From a virus (Duplodnaviria > Caudoviricetes): a DNA stretch of 64,000 nucleotides. Shown here piece after piece: positions 31,906 through 41,830 of the stretch (position 1 is its first letter; each line of letters opens with the position of its first letter). Where the stretch lies: the IMG/VR virus record IMGVR_UViG_3300028888_000001; one strand, given 5' to 3'. A program made the position numbers and the translations under genes. The notes under the pieces are model-generated. The model did no database searches and was not told the origin of the DNA. It worked only from the letters and a program-made list of their open reading frames with translations.

Positions 31906-34260
31906 ATGAAAGATAATATAATTCCAGTAGATGTACGAAAACAATATATGTCAGATATGGCACGATATTCGCTTTATGTGCTATTTGATCGTTATATTTG
32001 TGATATTAGAGACGGACTAAAACCAGTACAAAGAAGAATCTTATATTGTATGTGGGAGGATGTTAAAGCAGTTTCCGAAGCCACAAAAAGAAAATCTGCA
32101 AACACTACAGGTATGGTTATCGGTGCTTATCATCCACATAGTGCAGATGCTGTATATGGAGCTATGCAAGTAATGACTAACCACTGGGAAACAAAAGTTC
32201 CATTACTTGTTTATGCATCATCATCTGGATCTATACAGGGTGGTCCTCAAGCTGCAAGTAGATATACAGAATCATATTTATCTCAGTTTGCATTAGATGT
32301 AATTTTTGGAGATCTTATAGAGAGTCGAATGTCAGTAGACTGGGCTAAGACATTTGATAATCATACTACAGAGCCAGAGTTCTTACCAGTGAAAGTACCG
32401 CTGCTTTTAGTGAATGGTTGCTTTTCAGTTGTTATTGGTAGAAAAATTGAGGTGCCAAAGCATAGCTTAAATGACGTTATAGACGCTACATTAGCAGTAC
32501 TTCGAGATCCAAAAGCTAAAGTTATACTGATTCCTGATCCATGCCAAAAGTGCGAAGTGATTGACACTGATTGGAAGAAAATTTCTAATATGGGATTTGG
32601 ATATTATACTCAGAGAGGTATAATAAAAATCACTCAAGATGATAGAGGTATTTATATAGTACATCTATTATCAATGCCAGATTTAATTACCGCAAACTCT
32701 GTAGTTGATAAAATCCAATCTCTCATTAAAGAAAATAAATTACCACAAATTGCAGATATACAGGATCATTCATCTGCAGACGAATTGGATATATGGTTAG
32801 TCTTAAAGAAAGGCTCAGATCCAGAGTATGTAAAACAAGTTCTTTATAAGCAGACAAGTATCCAAGACACAAAACGAGTAAATATGGAGGTCATCGATGA
32901 AAATGAAATAAAGAGAGTTAGCTATAAAGCATATATAGCCTATTTTATTGAAAATAGAAAGATGGTAAAATTTAGAATATATAATGCTAGGCTACAGAAA
33001 GTAGAAACTCGCTTACATACTATAGAGACCTTTATTGCTATACTCGAAAGTGGTGATGTAGAAAAAATTATTCACGCTATAAGAAATCAAAAGCCGTCAG
33101 AGGAAGCTCAGCTTATAGATTGGCTTATGAAACGTTTGAAAATCACAGATCTTCAAGCTAAGTTTGTACTTAATACAGAGATCAAGAAACTCTCTAAAGG
33201 AAGCTTGAATAAATATAAAGAAGAGAGAAAAAATCTATTAGCTTTGAGAGAGCAATATATAAAGATGATTACGATCCCAGAGCTTATAAATAAAGAAATT
33301 GAAGATGAGCTTCTAGCCATCAAAGCTAAATATGGCAAACCTAGAAAGTCTATCGTAATTTCAGAAGCAGAGGCTTCAAATATTCCTCAGGGCACATTCA
33401 AGATAGTTGTTTATGAATCTGGTTATCTAAAGAAAATGGAAATTCAAGCACCTATCAAATCTTATAAAGGTGACAATCCAAAATGTATCACTGTAGGTGA
33501 TAACGATAAAGATCTACTGTTATTTGACGAAATGGGTAAAGTATTTAGATTACCAATACATAAAATCCCATTTACAGATAAAAATTCTCCGGGCGTAGAT
33601 ATTAGAATGATATTAAAGAAGCTTACAAGTAATATAACTTCAATTATATATCATCCAATACTAGAAACTCTTGCTAATAAGAAGTCTAAATACTTTATTA
33701 TCTCTATAACAAGATCTGGGCTTATAAAGAGAATGGACTTAGATGATATATTAAACGCTACTCCATCTGGTATTGTATATTCTAAGCTTAATAAAGATGA
33801 TTTTGTTAAAGACATCGTGGTTGCTAATATAAAATCAGATATTGTAATATATACGAAATCTAAAGCTCTTAGAATACCAATAGAAAATATACCTTACTTA
33901 AAGAGGTCTACTCTAGGCGCAGCATCTATGCGTGGGAATGATCCTATAGAGGGTATTAGCGTCATAACCTCAGATACTAAAGACGTTGTTATAGTAACCA
34001 CCAAAGGCAGATTTAATAGAATAATCCAATCTGCGCTTGAGCGTTCTCAACGTGGTAAAGGTGGATCTAGAGTAATTAAATTAGCTAAAGGTGATAATAT
34101 AATCAATGTGTTTACTTGTAGCCACGATACGTTAATTAGATGCGTACATATGGATGGTACAGTAACAGAAATTCAATCTTCTGCAGTAGCATTAGGATCA
34201 TCAGTATCTCAAGGGGAAAAACTTACTAAAGAAATAATTAAAGCAGAAGTCATATCATAA
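31906..34260 (+). CDS. gyrA: DNA gyrase/topo II subunit A
   Basis: DGLKPVQRRILY, YHPH, AASRYTE catalytic Tyr, C-terminal pinwheel repeats. Confidence 0.95.
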   Translation: MKDNIIPVDVRKQYMSDMARYSLYVLFDRYICDIRDGLKPVQRRILYCMWEDVKAVSEATKRKSANTTGMVIGAYHPHSADAVYGAMQVMTNHWETKVPLLVYASSSGSIQGGPQAASRYTESYLSQFALDVIFGDLIESRMSVDWAKTFDNHTTEPEFLPVKVPLLLVNGCFSVVIGRKIEVPKHSLNDVIDATLAVLRDPKAKVILIPDPCQKCEVIDTDWKKISNMGFGYYTQRGIIKITQDDRGIYIVHLLSMPDLITANSVVDKIQSLIKENKLPQIADIQDHSSADELDIWLVLKKGSDPEYVKQVLYKQTSIQDTKRVNMEVIDENEIKRVSYKAYIAYFIENRKMVKFRIYNARLQKVETRLHTIETFIAILESGDVEKIIHAIRNQKPSEEAQLIDWLMKRLKITDLQAKFVLNTEIKKLSKGSLNKYKEERKNLLALREQYIKMITIPELINKEIEDELLAIKAKYGKPRKSIVISEAEASNIPQGTFKIVVYESGYLKKMEIQAPIKSYKGDNPKCITVGDNDKDLLLFDEMGKVFRLPIHKIPFTDKNSPGVDIRMILKKLTSNITSIIYHPILETLANKKSKYFIISITRSGLIKRMDLDDILNATPSGIVYSKLNKDDFVKDIVVANIKSDIVIYTKSKALRIPIENIPYLKRSTLGAASMRGNDPIEGISVITSDTKDVVIVTTKGRFNRIIQSALERSQRGKGGSRVIKLAKGDNIINVFTCSHDTLIRCVHMDGTVTEIQSSAVALGSSVSQGEKLTKEIIKAEVIS

Positions 34261-34373
34261 AAAATTATAATTTTACACATGATATAACAATATTGTAATC
34301 GGCCGAGAATAATTATGATACGTATAGTTGATTAATTATTCTCGCCGACCTTCCCCCGAAATTAATTTTTTAT

Positions 34374-34445
34374 AGGGCATTCGCCAAGCGGTAAGGCACA
34401 GCACTTTGACTGCTGCATGCACGTGTTCGAATCACGTATGCCCTG
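34374..34445 (+). tRNA. tRNA-Gln(UUG)
   Basis: Acceptor AGGGCAT/ATGCCCT, anticodon arm CAGCA-CTTTGAC-TGCTG, TTCGAAT T-loop; CCA not encoded. Confidence 0.93.
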
Positions 34446-34446
34446 C

Positions 34447-35067
34447 TAAGAGACATGAGATAAGATAATAAGATTTTTGCCAATAGGCGTCCGGTTAATT
34501 GGAAGCTTTATGTGTATAAGCTTCAGGGGAAATTGCCGGGCGATAGTAGGATTGGATGAATCGAGTTGAAGTTTTCTAATTAACTACGTGAATATTAATT
34601 AGAAAGTCATTTTGGTAGGATTGCAACTCTTTACAAGTAAAAACTAAAAGTCTTGACAGCTATGGTATATATTTGTCGAGTGAGGGCCGTAGTGACGAAA
34701 CGAAACTCATAGTCGACGTTGCCAAACAGCGAAGTTTGTGTCTTATTATAACTGCATGAAAGGCGTCATGTAAGTTAAAATCGCGAAGTAAGCGCAAGAG
34801 TGGCTAGGCAACAAATTAGGGTGTATACTATCTGAAGTAAGAAATACTATATAATAGGAAGTTAAGTTTTGTTCAAGATTTTGGTTGTCTTCCGCTGACT
34901 TGTATCGTATAAATAAATTTAGTTGGTTCTAACGGATGATATTCAACTTTCAGTCACGTACGTAAACGACATAAAGATACATTAGCTGTAAGGTGTTATA
35001 TCACGTAACAATAATGTATCAAGTTCGAATAGAATTCTACTGGTTATTGTCTTATCTTGTTCTCTTA
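34447..35067 (+). ncRNA. large structured ncRNA, ROOL/GOLLD-like candidate
   Basis: ~620 nt without a long ORF between two tRNAs; 5' arm 34447..34471 pairs with 3' arm 35044..35067; many internal hairpins. Confidence 0.6.
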
Positions 35068-35151
35068 AGACAGCTGTCTTTTTGGTGCGGTTGTGATAGA
35101 CAGCAGTGAGGCTAATCGCACGCGGGGCGAATCAAATGAATCGCCCCATGC

Positions 35152-35235
35152 GCCCGATTGACGGAATTGGTATACGTAACGGACTTAAAATCCGTGGTCC
35201 TATATGACATGTGGGTTCGAGTCCCACATCGGGCA
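35152..35235 (+). tRNA. tRNA-Leu(UAA)
   Basis: Acceptor GCCCGAT/ATCGGGC, ACGGA-CTTAAAA-TCCGT, long variable arm, GTGGG-TTCGAGT-CCCAC; CCA not encoded. Confidence 0.93.
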
Positions 35236-35271
35236 TTATAAATATCATTTGTTTGTTTTTATTCTCCTAAA

Positions 35272-35300
35272 TTCCTCTAGGCTTTTATAGCCTAGAGGAG
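35272..35300 (+). terminator. hairpin terminator of the tRNA/ncRNA unit
   Basis: TCCTCTAGGC-ttttata-GCCTAGAGGA. Confidence 0.7.
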
Positions 35301-35387
35301 TTAATTTTGCTTTTAGTTGTATATTATAAAATTGATGCTAATATAATAATAAATATATTTACATGATTAAACTCTTTAGGAGGGAGT

Positions 35388-35564
35388 ATGAAATTCAAAA
35401 ATTTTACTTATAAGATGAAAAAAGAATTATCTAAAAAGCTTAAAGATATTAACTTAGATGATTATGGGTATTCTAAAAATACACCAGAGTTTATTGAACT
35501 TATAAACAGACAAACTGGAGAAAGAAAGGTGATTTATAAAGATGCTAATTCCATTAGAGTCTGA
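35388..35564 (+). CDS. small hypothetical protein (58 aa, below the ORF-track cutoff)
   Basis: AGGAGG RBS, MKFKNFTYKM... Confidence 0.55.
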   Translation: MKFKNFTYKMKKELSKKLKDINLDDYGYSKNTPEFIELINRQTGERKVIYKDANSIRV

Positions 35565-36330
35565 AGATGGTAAGGTTAAACTATTTAACGATAAACAAAA
35601 GCACACTATATTATTTTGTAGCAGCGGAGTAATTAGTACGTATCTAATTAAGAAAACTTTCAAAAAAATAAAGCGAGAAAAAGAACCGTGGAATCATTAT
35701 CTTCATATAGTAATATGCAAGAATGACATTACTGATGATAATGTAATCTCTATACAATCAGAAATAAATAGATTAAAAGAGCACTTTGGAGAGAATATGT
35801 TTAATCCTAAAGTAACTCTCATAGGAGAATCCTTTAGAGATGTAAACGATTGGTTAGCTAAATTTGTACACGATTATTATAGCGATTTATCAATAGCGAA
35901 TTTAAATATTATTGTAGGGCTCACAAAATTCGGTTTCGAAGAAATTAAAACCGGAGATGAAGCTATAGATAAGAGTATAGAATATCCATTCAAAGATATG
36001 TGGCGTCACGATGTTTTAAGAAAAATAATCACCACAGAAAGAGATATTCTCGATAGAACTATCATATGCGAAAACCCTAAGCAAGATAAAAAGTTCTGCG
36101 GTGAGTGCAGAACTTGTAGAAATCTAGAATTGGATTTAGCAATGATTTATGCTGAGCAACCAAATGATGAAGTTATAGCTGATTTTGTTAAAGATTATTA
36201 TAAGAAAATCTTTAACAAGCCTCTAAGACATATGCAAGCAGCATACACTGAAGCTAGAGGACCATTTTTAATAGATTATCAAAAACAGCAAACACCAAAA
36301 ATCAAACCAATTATGAATATGAGGAATTAA
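35542..36330 (+). CDS. degenerate QueC-like (PP-loop fold, Zn-binding) protein
   Basis: ILFCSSGVIS at the SGGLDS position; C-x8-CGECRTC. Confidence 0.5.
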   Translation: MLIPLESEDGKVKLFNDKQKHTILFCSSGVISTYLIKKTFKKIKREKEPWNHYLHIVICKNDITDDNVISIQSEINRLKEHFGENMFNPKVTLIGESFRDVNDWLAKFVHDYYSDLSIANLNIIVGLTKFGFEEIKTGDEAIDKSIEYPFKDMWRHDVLRKIITTERDILDRTIICENPKQDKKFCGECRTCRNLELDLAMIYAEQPNDEVIADFVKDYYKKIFNKPLRHMQAAYTEARGPFLIDYQKQQTPKIKPIMNMRN

Positions 36331-36334
36331 TATT

Positions 36335-36973
36335 ATGCCAAATATAGTAAACTGGACTATAGCAGCTCAAGGTAATTTTAGAAATGTAGACCAATTCATA
36401 CAGATCTTAAACAATGATTATGATAAAATCCATATGTATAGAATATTTTCAGCAGATGTTGGAATTAATAATACATATGGATTACAGCGTAAAGTAACAA
36501 TTTATGGCGAATGTGCATGGAGCGTATATGTCTGCATGTTTGAGGGCCCATTCTCGTATTATACTGAAGACTTAGCATGGCGAAAGAAAAATAAAGATAC
36601 CACTCCATTTACTGGAACGACGTTGCCTAGACTGGCGAAAATGCTATGTCTAGATATATCTGTATATTCACAAGAGCCAGGTATGTGTTTCTGTGAAGCT
36701 TATAGTATAAATAGATTAGGCCAAATACTAGTTAACAAAGAAGGCTACTTTGAATCTTATTATATAGAAGACCCAAACTATTCTTTTGATGAATTCTGTG
36801 AAGATTGGAATTATGATAAAGAAAAGCTTCCATTCAATGAGGAGCAATATAACTCAATGGTTCAAAATGGTCAAGAATGCTATGAACGTGCAGAGTTTGA
36901 ATTTGAAGATTTTTATCGATTTCCAAGAAATCAGATGATTAATCTAGTAATGACAGAAGGGATAAAAAAATAA
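36335..36973 (+). CDS. YubB/DUF1281-like ferredoxin-fold protein
   Basis: MPN start, AWS and EPGMCF motifs. Confidence 0.55.
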   Translation: MPNIVNWTIAAQGNFRNVDQFIQILNNDYDKIHMYRIFSADVGINNTYGLQRKVTIYGECAWSVYVCMFEGPFSYYTEDLAWRKKNKDTTPFTGTTLPRLAKMLCLDISVYSQEPGMCFCEAYSINRLGQILVNKEGYFESYYIEDPNYSFDEFCEDWNYDKEKLPFNEEQYNSMVQNGQECYERAEFEFEDFYRFPRNQMINLVMTEGIKK

Positions 36974-36974
36974 T

Positions 36975-37580
36975 ATGCTTGTTAAAGATCAAATACTTGC
37001 AAACGATAGAATTAAAATAGACAATATAGCGTTGACTATAAATAGAAAAGAATTGGAGTATGCACAGTATATCCAATACCACAAGTACAACGTGAGCTAC
37101 ATGTGGATTAAATATAGAGACGCTATATCTTCAGCATTAGAGCTTACTGATACTGATGAAGAACGAGTTGAAATGAGAGTCATATTCCACGATAATTCTA
37201 AATTTGGAGTAGAGGAGTTTAATGGTTACAGAATGGCTTTCTATCCTATACTTGAAGAATTCACTGCTCTTGAGCTTAATAATCAAAAGAACGTAGATAA
37301 AATTTTACAATCTGCATGGGAGCATCACTATAAGCACAATGATCATCATCCAGAATATTATGTCGATGATAATGGAGTCGCTAGTGAAATTCCCAAGGTA
37401 GCTGTCGCAGAGATGATACTTGATTGGTTAGCTATGGCGTTCCAGAACAGCACTAAGATTTATATATGGTGGGAGATAGTTAAAAATACTAAGTTTATTC
37501 TTCATCAAAACAGCAGAGCGCTTATAGAAAAAACAATTAAAGCCATTAAAGAATTTGATATCTATATAGGCGAATATTAA
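36975..37580 (+). CDS. DUF5662 family (HD-like) protein
   Basis: HDNSKF, HHYKHNDHHPEY, EMILDW. Confidence 0.75.
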   Translation: MLVKDQILANDRIKIDNIALTINRKELEYAQYIQYHKYNVSYMWIKYRDAISSALELTDTDEERVEMRVIFHDNSKFGVEEFNGYRMAFYPILEEFTALELNNQKNVDKILQSAWEHHYKHNDHHPEYYVDDNGVASEIPKVAVAEMILDWLAMAFQNSTKIYIWWEIVKNTKFILHQNSRALIEKTIKAIKEFDIYIGEY

Positions 37581-37586
37581 ATATAT

Positions 37587-37616
37587 AATACTGCTGGGAT
37601 TACTCCCAGCAGTATT
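37587..37616 (+). terminator. hairpin terminator
   Basis: AATACTGCTGGGA-ttac-TCCCAGCAGTATT followed by a T run. Confidence 0.75.
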
Positions 37617-37717
37617 ATTTTTTGTAAAAGTATTATAGTTTAATTATATACTATATCGGTAACAAACAAGAGAATGGCAACTGGATAAGCCAATAAACCA
37701 GTAGAAAGGAATATAAA

Positions 37718-38113
37718 ATGAAGAAGTTTATGTTTATGGTTATGATAGTTCTTATGTTTGTAGCTATTACGTCAGTAGGTGATAATAGCGTAGTTGAGCA
37801 GCCCACGTACAAAGTAAACGCGGGACGTGGAATCCTTTGTCTCCAAGCAGCTTGGGACGGGGATAATTATTATGAGGTTGCTCCGTGCATGCAGTGCGGA
37901 GCTGGCGCAGACAGCTTAGTATTGCCGGCGCACGTATATTATGACCTTGAGAAGGGAACAATCAAATTTAACGAAGATCGTTTCAAAGGGATCGAATCAC
38001 ACATTCCCAACATGATCATTGCGTGGTGCGATGAATGGGAATTAGTAGAAAATCCTGAGCTTATTAGAGAGCTTAGGAATGCAGCTGAATATTTCGCTGC
38101 ATATTACTGCTGA
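37718..38113 (+). CDS. secreted or membrane-anchored hypothetical protein
   Basis: MKK plus hydrophobic N-terminus; CxxC. Confidence 0.7.
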   Translation: MKKFMFMVMIVLMFVAITSVGDNSVVEQPTYKVNAGRGILCLQAAWDGDNYYEVAPCMQCGAGADSLVLPAHVYYDLEKGTIKFNEDRFKGIESHIPNMIIAWCDEWELVENPELIRELRNAAEYFAAYYC

Positions 38114-38119
38114 TTGTGT

Positions 38120-38162
38120 AGGGGGCTTTCGAGCCCCCGCCCTTCGGGGTTATTTATTTTTT
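38120..38162 (+). terminator. tandem UUCG double-hairpin terminator (copy 1)
   Basis: 43 nt identical to 41717..41759. Confidence 0.8.
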
Positions 38163-39337
38163 TATTTATTTGCTTTCTGGGTGACTAAACTGAAGTATGC
38201 ATTTATAGCTCTATAATATGCTGATTCTGTTGCTAGTCTGGATCTTCTTCTAGTAAAGTTTTCTGAGTTGTTTACTAGAATTTTATCAAGCAAGTCTTTC
38301 TTCTTTAATACATATTTATCTTTAGAATTTGGTGTTGGTTTTATGCTATAGGATATAAATGATATGTCTCTAATGTCTTTAGACTTGCTATCTCTAAAGT
38401 ATAAGCTTATGAGTATAGTAATATATTCTTTTATCAAGAGCTCATTATCTTTATTAGAAAATATATTCTCTAGTATACTTTTAAGCTCATCAAATTTTAT
38501 ATACTCATTACAAGAAACTTTACAACTTGGGTAATCTATACCTTTATTGGAGATATACGATAAAGCATTATCTAAAGCTCGTTGAGCTTTAAAAGCATCA
38601 TTATCGGCAATATGATAATTATCGTCAGATACATCATCAGTGTCATAAGCGATATAAATATTTTTATCCTGATATGCCTTATAGTATACAGTAGCAATAT
38701 TATTCATAAATGAATTAATTCTATTCCTAAGTTGTTGTAATAAATATGTGCAATCTTCATCGTTAAAACTATTAAATCTCTCTGGATAGGCTGTTATCCA
38801 TGTATTAGTAACAGACTTTATAGCATTAATTACATTCCCGTATTTAATGATATCATACTTATTACTAAGCATATTGTTGATCACATAATCCATTACGTAT
38901 TCAGCTGGCTCAAATCTAAATGATTTATAGAACACGCTAGGATACATTTTACCAGAAAATGACATATTTATTTCTGATATTTCTAGTTCTTTATCCATTT
39001 TATTTTTTATAAAATATCTCACTACGCATAGCAATGCTATAGTAGATTCATCTTTAGCGTATGACGGATTAAAGTTTGGTATCTTATAATAATAAGTATT
39101 CTTGATTGCTTCTTTTATGACTTTCTTATCTACTCCTGAAGATCTGAAGAAATTTTCTACATCTTCATTCGAGTAGTATATCTGTTTTGATGGCATATAA
39201 GAATATAACTCTTTTTGTTTCTTCTGTATAAACTTGCCAACGAATTGTTTATACTTATTAATATTATTTTTATTACTAAACGCTTCTTCTATTTCTTTAT
39301 AAGCCATATCTAATATAGCAGTCGTTTCTGTGTTCAT
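38162..39337 (-). CDS. hypothetical protein (late-type promoter, possibly virion)
   Basis: 391 aa, AGGAGG RBS, GACA-N6-TAAT at 39361..39374(-). Confidence 0.75.
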   Translation of the reverse strand: MNTETTAILDMAYKEIEEAFSNKNNINKYKQFVGKFIQKKQKELYSYMPSKQIYYSNEDVENFFRSSGVDKKVIKEAIKNTYYYKIPNFNPSYAKDESTIALLCVVRYFIKNKMDKELEISEINMSFSGKMYPSVFYKSFRFEPAEYVMDYVINNMLSNKYDIIKYGNVINAIKSVTNTWITAYPERFNSFNDEDCTYLLQQLRNRINSFMNNIATVYYKAYQDKNIYIAYDTDDVSDDNYHIADNDAFKAQRALDNALSYISNKGIDYPSCKVSCNEYIKFDELKSILENIFSNKDNELLIKEYITILISLYFRDSKSKDIRDISFISYSIKPTPNSKDKYVLKKKDLLDKILVNNSENFTRRRSRLATESAYYRAINAYFSLVTQKANK

Positions 39338-39493
39338 TCTCTATGATCCTCCTGGATATTATTATAGGAATGTCGAGCAGATAATGTAAAATTTATTTAT
39401 AATAATTATATATTACTCATGAATAAGCAAGCAGAAAGCTTATTCATAAATATTTGTTCAAGGGCCAAACGAGCCCGGAAAGGTAGGAATAAA

Positions 39494-39661
39494 ATGATCA
39501 ATCTTAAGAAAGAAGAATTTGTTGAGGTAACTTCAAAAGCAGCAGGAAAAGCATTCGATGCGGCTGAGTACGCATATCGCAAACTCAGCACTGTAATGGA
39601 CGGTGTCCAGAAGACTGCTAAGAAGCAGGTAGATGCCATCGAGCGCCTTACCAAGAAGTAA
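39494..39661 (+). CDS. small basic helical protein
   Basis: ATG 39494 after AAAGGTAGG; own promoter motif and terminator. Confidence 0.65.
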   Translation: MINLKKEEFVEVTSKAAGKAFDAAEYAYRKLSTVMDGVQKTAKKQVDAIERLTKK

Positions 39662-39672
39662 TTCAACAAATT

Positions 39673-39712
39673 GGGGAGCTTCGGCTCCCCCGCCTTCGGG
39701 CGGTTCTTTTTT
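39673..39712 (+). terminator. tandem UUCG double-hairpin terminator (variant)
   Basis: GGGGAGC-ttcg-GCTCCCC, CGCC-ttcg-GGCG, T run. Confidence 0.8.
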
Positions 39713-39897
39713 AATAAAAATATTATATACCCACACTAGTTCGTCTCATTTTTTATATAAATTCGTTTTTGACGTTTTATACCTATTTATTCATACCATT
39801 TTTAATATGATTAGGCTTTGTGTTTTGTTTAAAAATCAATTATATATTATAATAAAGAGTAAGTAAATTACTCAAATATACTTAAAGGAGAATTAAA

Positions 39898-40083
39898 ATG
39901 CAGGAAAGAGAAAAACTAATCAACAGATTTAGCGGATATGAAAAAATAATCTCCATCAAGCAGGAAATAATGAAAGAGAAAGAAATAGATGATTTAGAAT
40001 TTTTCTTTCATCATCTTGCTTTGTTGGAGTTATATGAGAAAGAGATAGAGATACTCTCTCTTATCTGCGGCTTTAAAGAATAA
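39898..40083 (+). CDS. small hypothetical protein
   Basis: 61 aa, AAGGAG RBS, terminator at 40086..40113. Confidence 0.7.
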   Translation: MQEREKLINRFSGYEKIISIKQEIMKEKEIDDLEFFFHHLALLELYEKEIEILSLICGFKE

Positions 40084-40237
40084 AAAGAAGGGAGGTATAA
40101 AAACCTCCCTTCTAAGCTTTAATTTATTTTATTTTTAGTAAATTTAGTTTTGGTTATATATTATATATTTAGATAGATACGGGAAAATCTATCATACTAT
40201 CAATCAAAGGGAGTAAAAATAAGAAAGGGGAACAAAA

Positions 40238-40816
40238 ATGAAACTTATTAATCTTATTTCAAACAACAAAACCGAAGAAAAGAAGCATTACATTATCTCA
40301 AAAAGACTTGGCATCGAAGAGTGGGAGATGATGCTAAGACTTCAGCAGTATTTTTCAGAAGAAGACGCAGCGGCAATTATTCGGAAAGCTAAAGATCGAA
40401 ATGAAAGTAATTATACGTTTAACAAATTCGCTGTAGTATATAGCGAAATCTATATGTCATATAGCGTATTCGTTCTGGATAAAAAATTTAATAAGCTTGT
40501 GGAAGACATTGAGCTTCCAGGCAATTCAGTTAGACCGCCAAGAACCGTTAGGACATTCGTTGAAGAGCTTGTAATGTATAATGGTTCTAGGCTTGAAGCT
40601 GGAGATGTGGATTATCTGCTTAATTGTAGATTGATCTCTAAGAGAAGCGATGCGAATAAAAATTCCACCGCTAATCTTATTTGGACTTTGGTCAGAACGC
40701 TCATTGATAATCAGAGGGAAAATCGTAATCTTAAGCGTACTGTTAAAGGTTGCGAATTCCAGATTGAGAGAATGAAAGAGCAGATCAAAGAATTGAAAAA
40801 GAAAGGGGAACAATAA
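40238..40816 (+). CDS. hypothetical protein
   Basis: 192 aa, AAAGGGG RBS. Confidence 0.75.
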   Translation: MKLINLISNNKTEEKKHYIISKRLGIEEWEMMLRLQQYFSEEDAAAIIRKAKDRNESNYTFNKFAVVYSEIYMSYSVFVLDKKFNKLVEDIELPGNSVRPPRTVRTFVEELVMYNGSRLEAGDVDYLLNCRLISKRSDANKNSTANLIWTLVRTLIDNQRENRNLKRTVKGCEFQIERMKEQIKELKKKGEQ

Positions 40817-40819
40817 ACA

Positions 40820-41326
40820 ATGAGAGTGTTTGCATTAACAAAATTCGGTGAAGTAAATCTTGCTAGACGTATTGTCGGCGGCTTGAGAATAGTTGACAAT
40901 TTTATGGTGTTTAAAAATAAAGAATCTTTGATGAGATATTATAATAACCAAGATTCATATGCTTTAAACAAATATTATATAGAGCACTTTGATGTGAATA
41001 CAGATTATGGACGAGTAAAACAAAATACCATTTATATTAGCAGTCTGTATCTTGGTTATGATTATAATTATGCTAGCGGCAGTATATACGACGTTCAGTA
41101 TAAAGATCCAAGATTCTATAGCTCTATCATAGGACTGAAATCTGAATCTCATCTATTTCACAAAGCCCAGATTATGAGGAATAAATCTGAGTACAAGATA
41201 AACGAAACTGATGACCATATTTGGATTGAAGACGATATATATGGTAAGGGGTTAAACGGCATATTCTTCGATGATGTGATGGCCGGAAAATTCAAATATG
41301 ACATATTAAAAGTTACTATAGTTTAA
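40820..41326 (+). CDS. hypothetical protein
   Basis: 168 aa, AAAGGGG RBS. Confidence 0.75.
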   Translation: MRVFALTKFGEVNLARRIVGGLRIVDNFMVFKNKESLMRYYNNQDSYALNKYYIEHFDVNTDYGRVKQNTIYISSLYLGYDYNYASGSIYDVQYKDPRFYSSIIGLKSESHLFHKAQIMRNKSEYKINETDDHIWIEDDIYGKGLNGIFFDDVMAGKFKYDILKVTIV

Positions 41327-41417
41327 ATGTAAATTTCCTCTTTTTTAACTATATAATATATACGTAGATAAGCAAGGGGAGCTTATCAAAATATAATAAA
41401 TAAAGGGGAATAAAAAA

Positions 41418-41711
41418 ATGAAAAAAGAAAACAAGTATATGGCGAAGATAGATGAAGCAACCTACAGAAAAATAGTCCGCGAATATTATCGCAGAAAAAG
41501 AATTCGTAGAGGTTGCGAAATAATCTCTAAAATCACAATGGGTTTGGCATTTCCAGGATTAGTGGGAATGTACATGTTCATGTTTTCAAAGATATTCCTG
41601 GTATACACGCCAGAAGAAGAGTCAATGGCGTGTATAATCGGAATCATCGCGTCTATATTAGGCGTGGTGTCAATCATCATCGATCCCAACAGGATCGATG
41701 ATGAGCATTAA
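41418..41711 (+). CDS. two-TM membrane protein
   Basis: Basic N-terminus plus two hydrophobic helices. Confidence 0.7.
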   Translation: MKKENKYMAKIDEATYRKIVREYYRRKRIRRGCEIISKITMGLAFPGLVGMYMFMFSKIFLVYTPEEESMACIIGIIASILGVVSIIIDPNRIDDEH

Positions 41712-41716
41712 TTCCC

Positions 41717-41759
41717 AGGGGGCTTTCGAGCCCCCGCCCTTCGGGGTTATTTATTTTTT
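41717..41759 (+). terminator. tandem UUCG double-hairpin terminator (copy 2)
   Basis: Identical to 38120..38162. Confidence 0.8.
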
Positions 41760-41830
41760 ACTAAAAAGCGTGCACATTTTAGTAATTTCATATATTATTT
41801 TTTATTCTCTATAGGAGGTGTATTTTCTCT

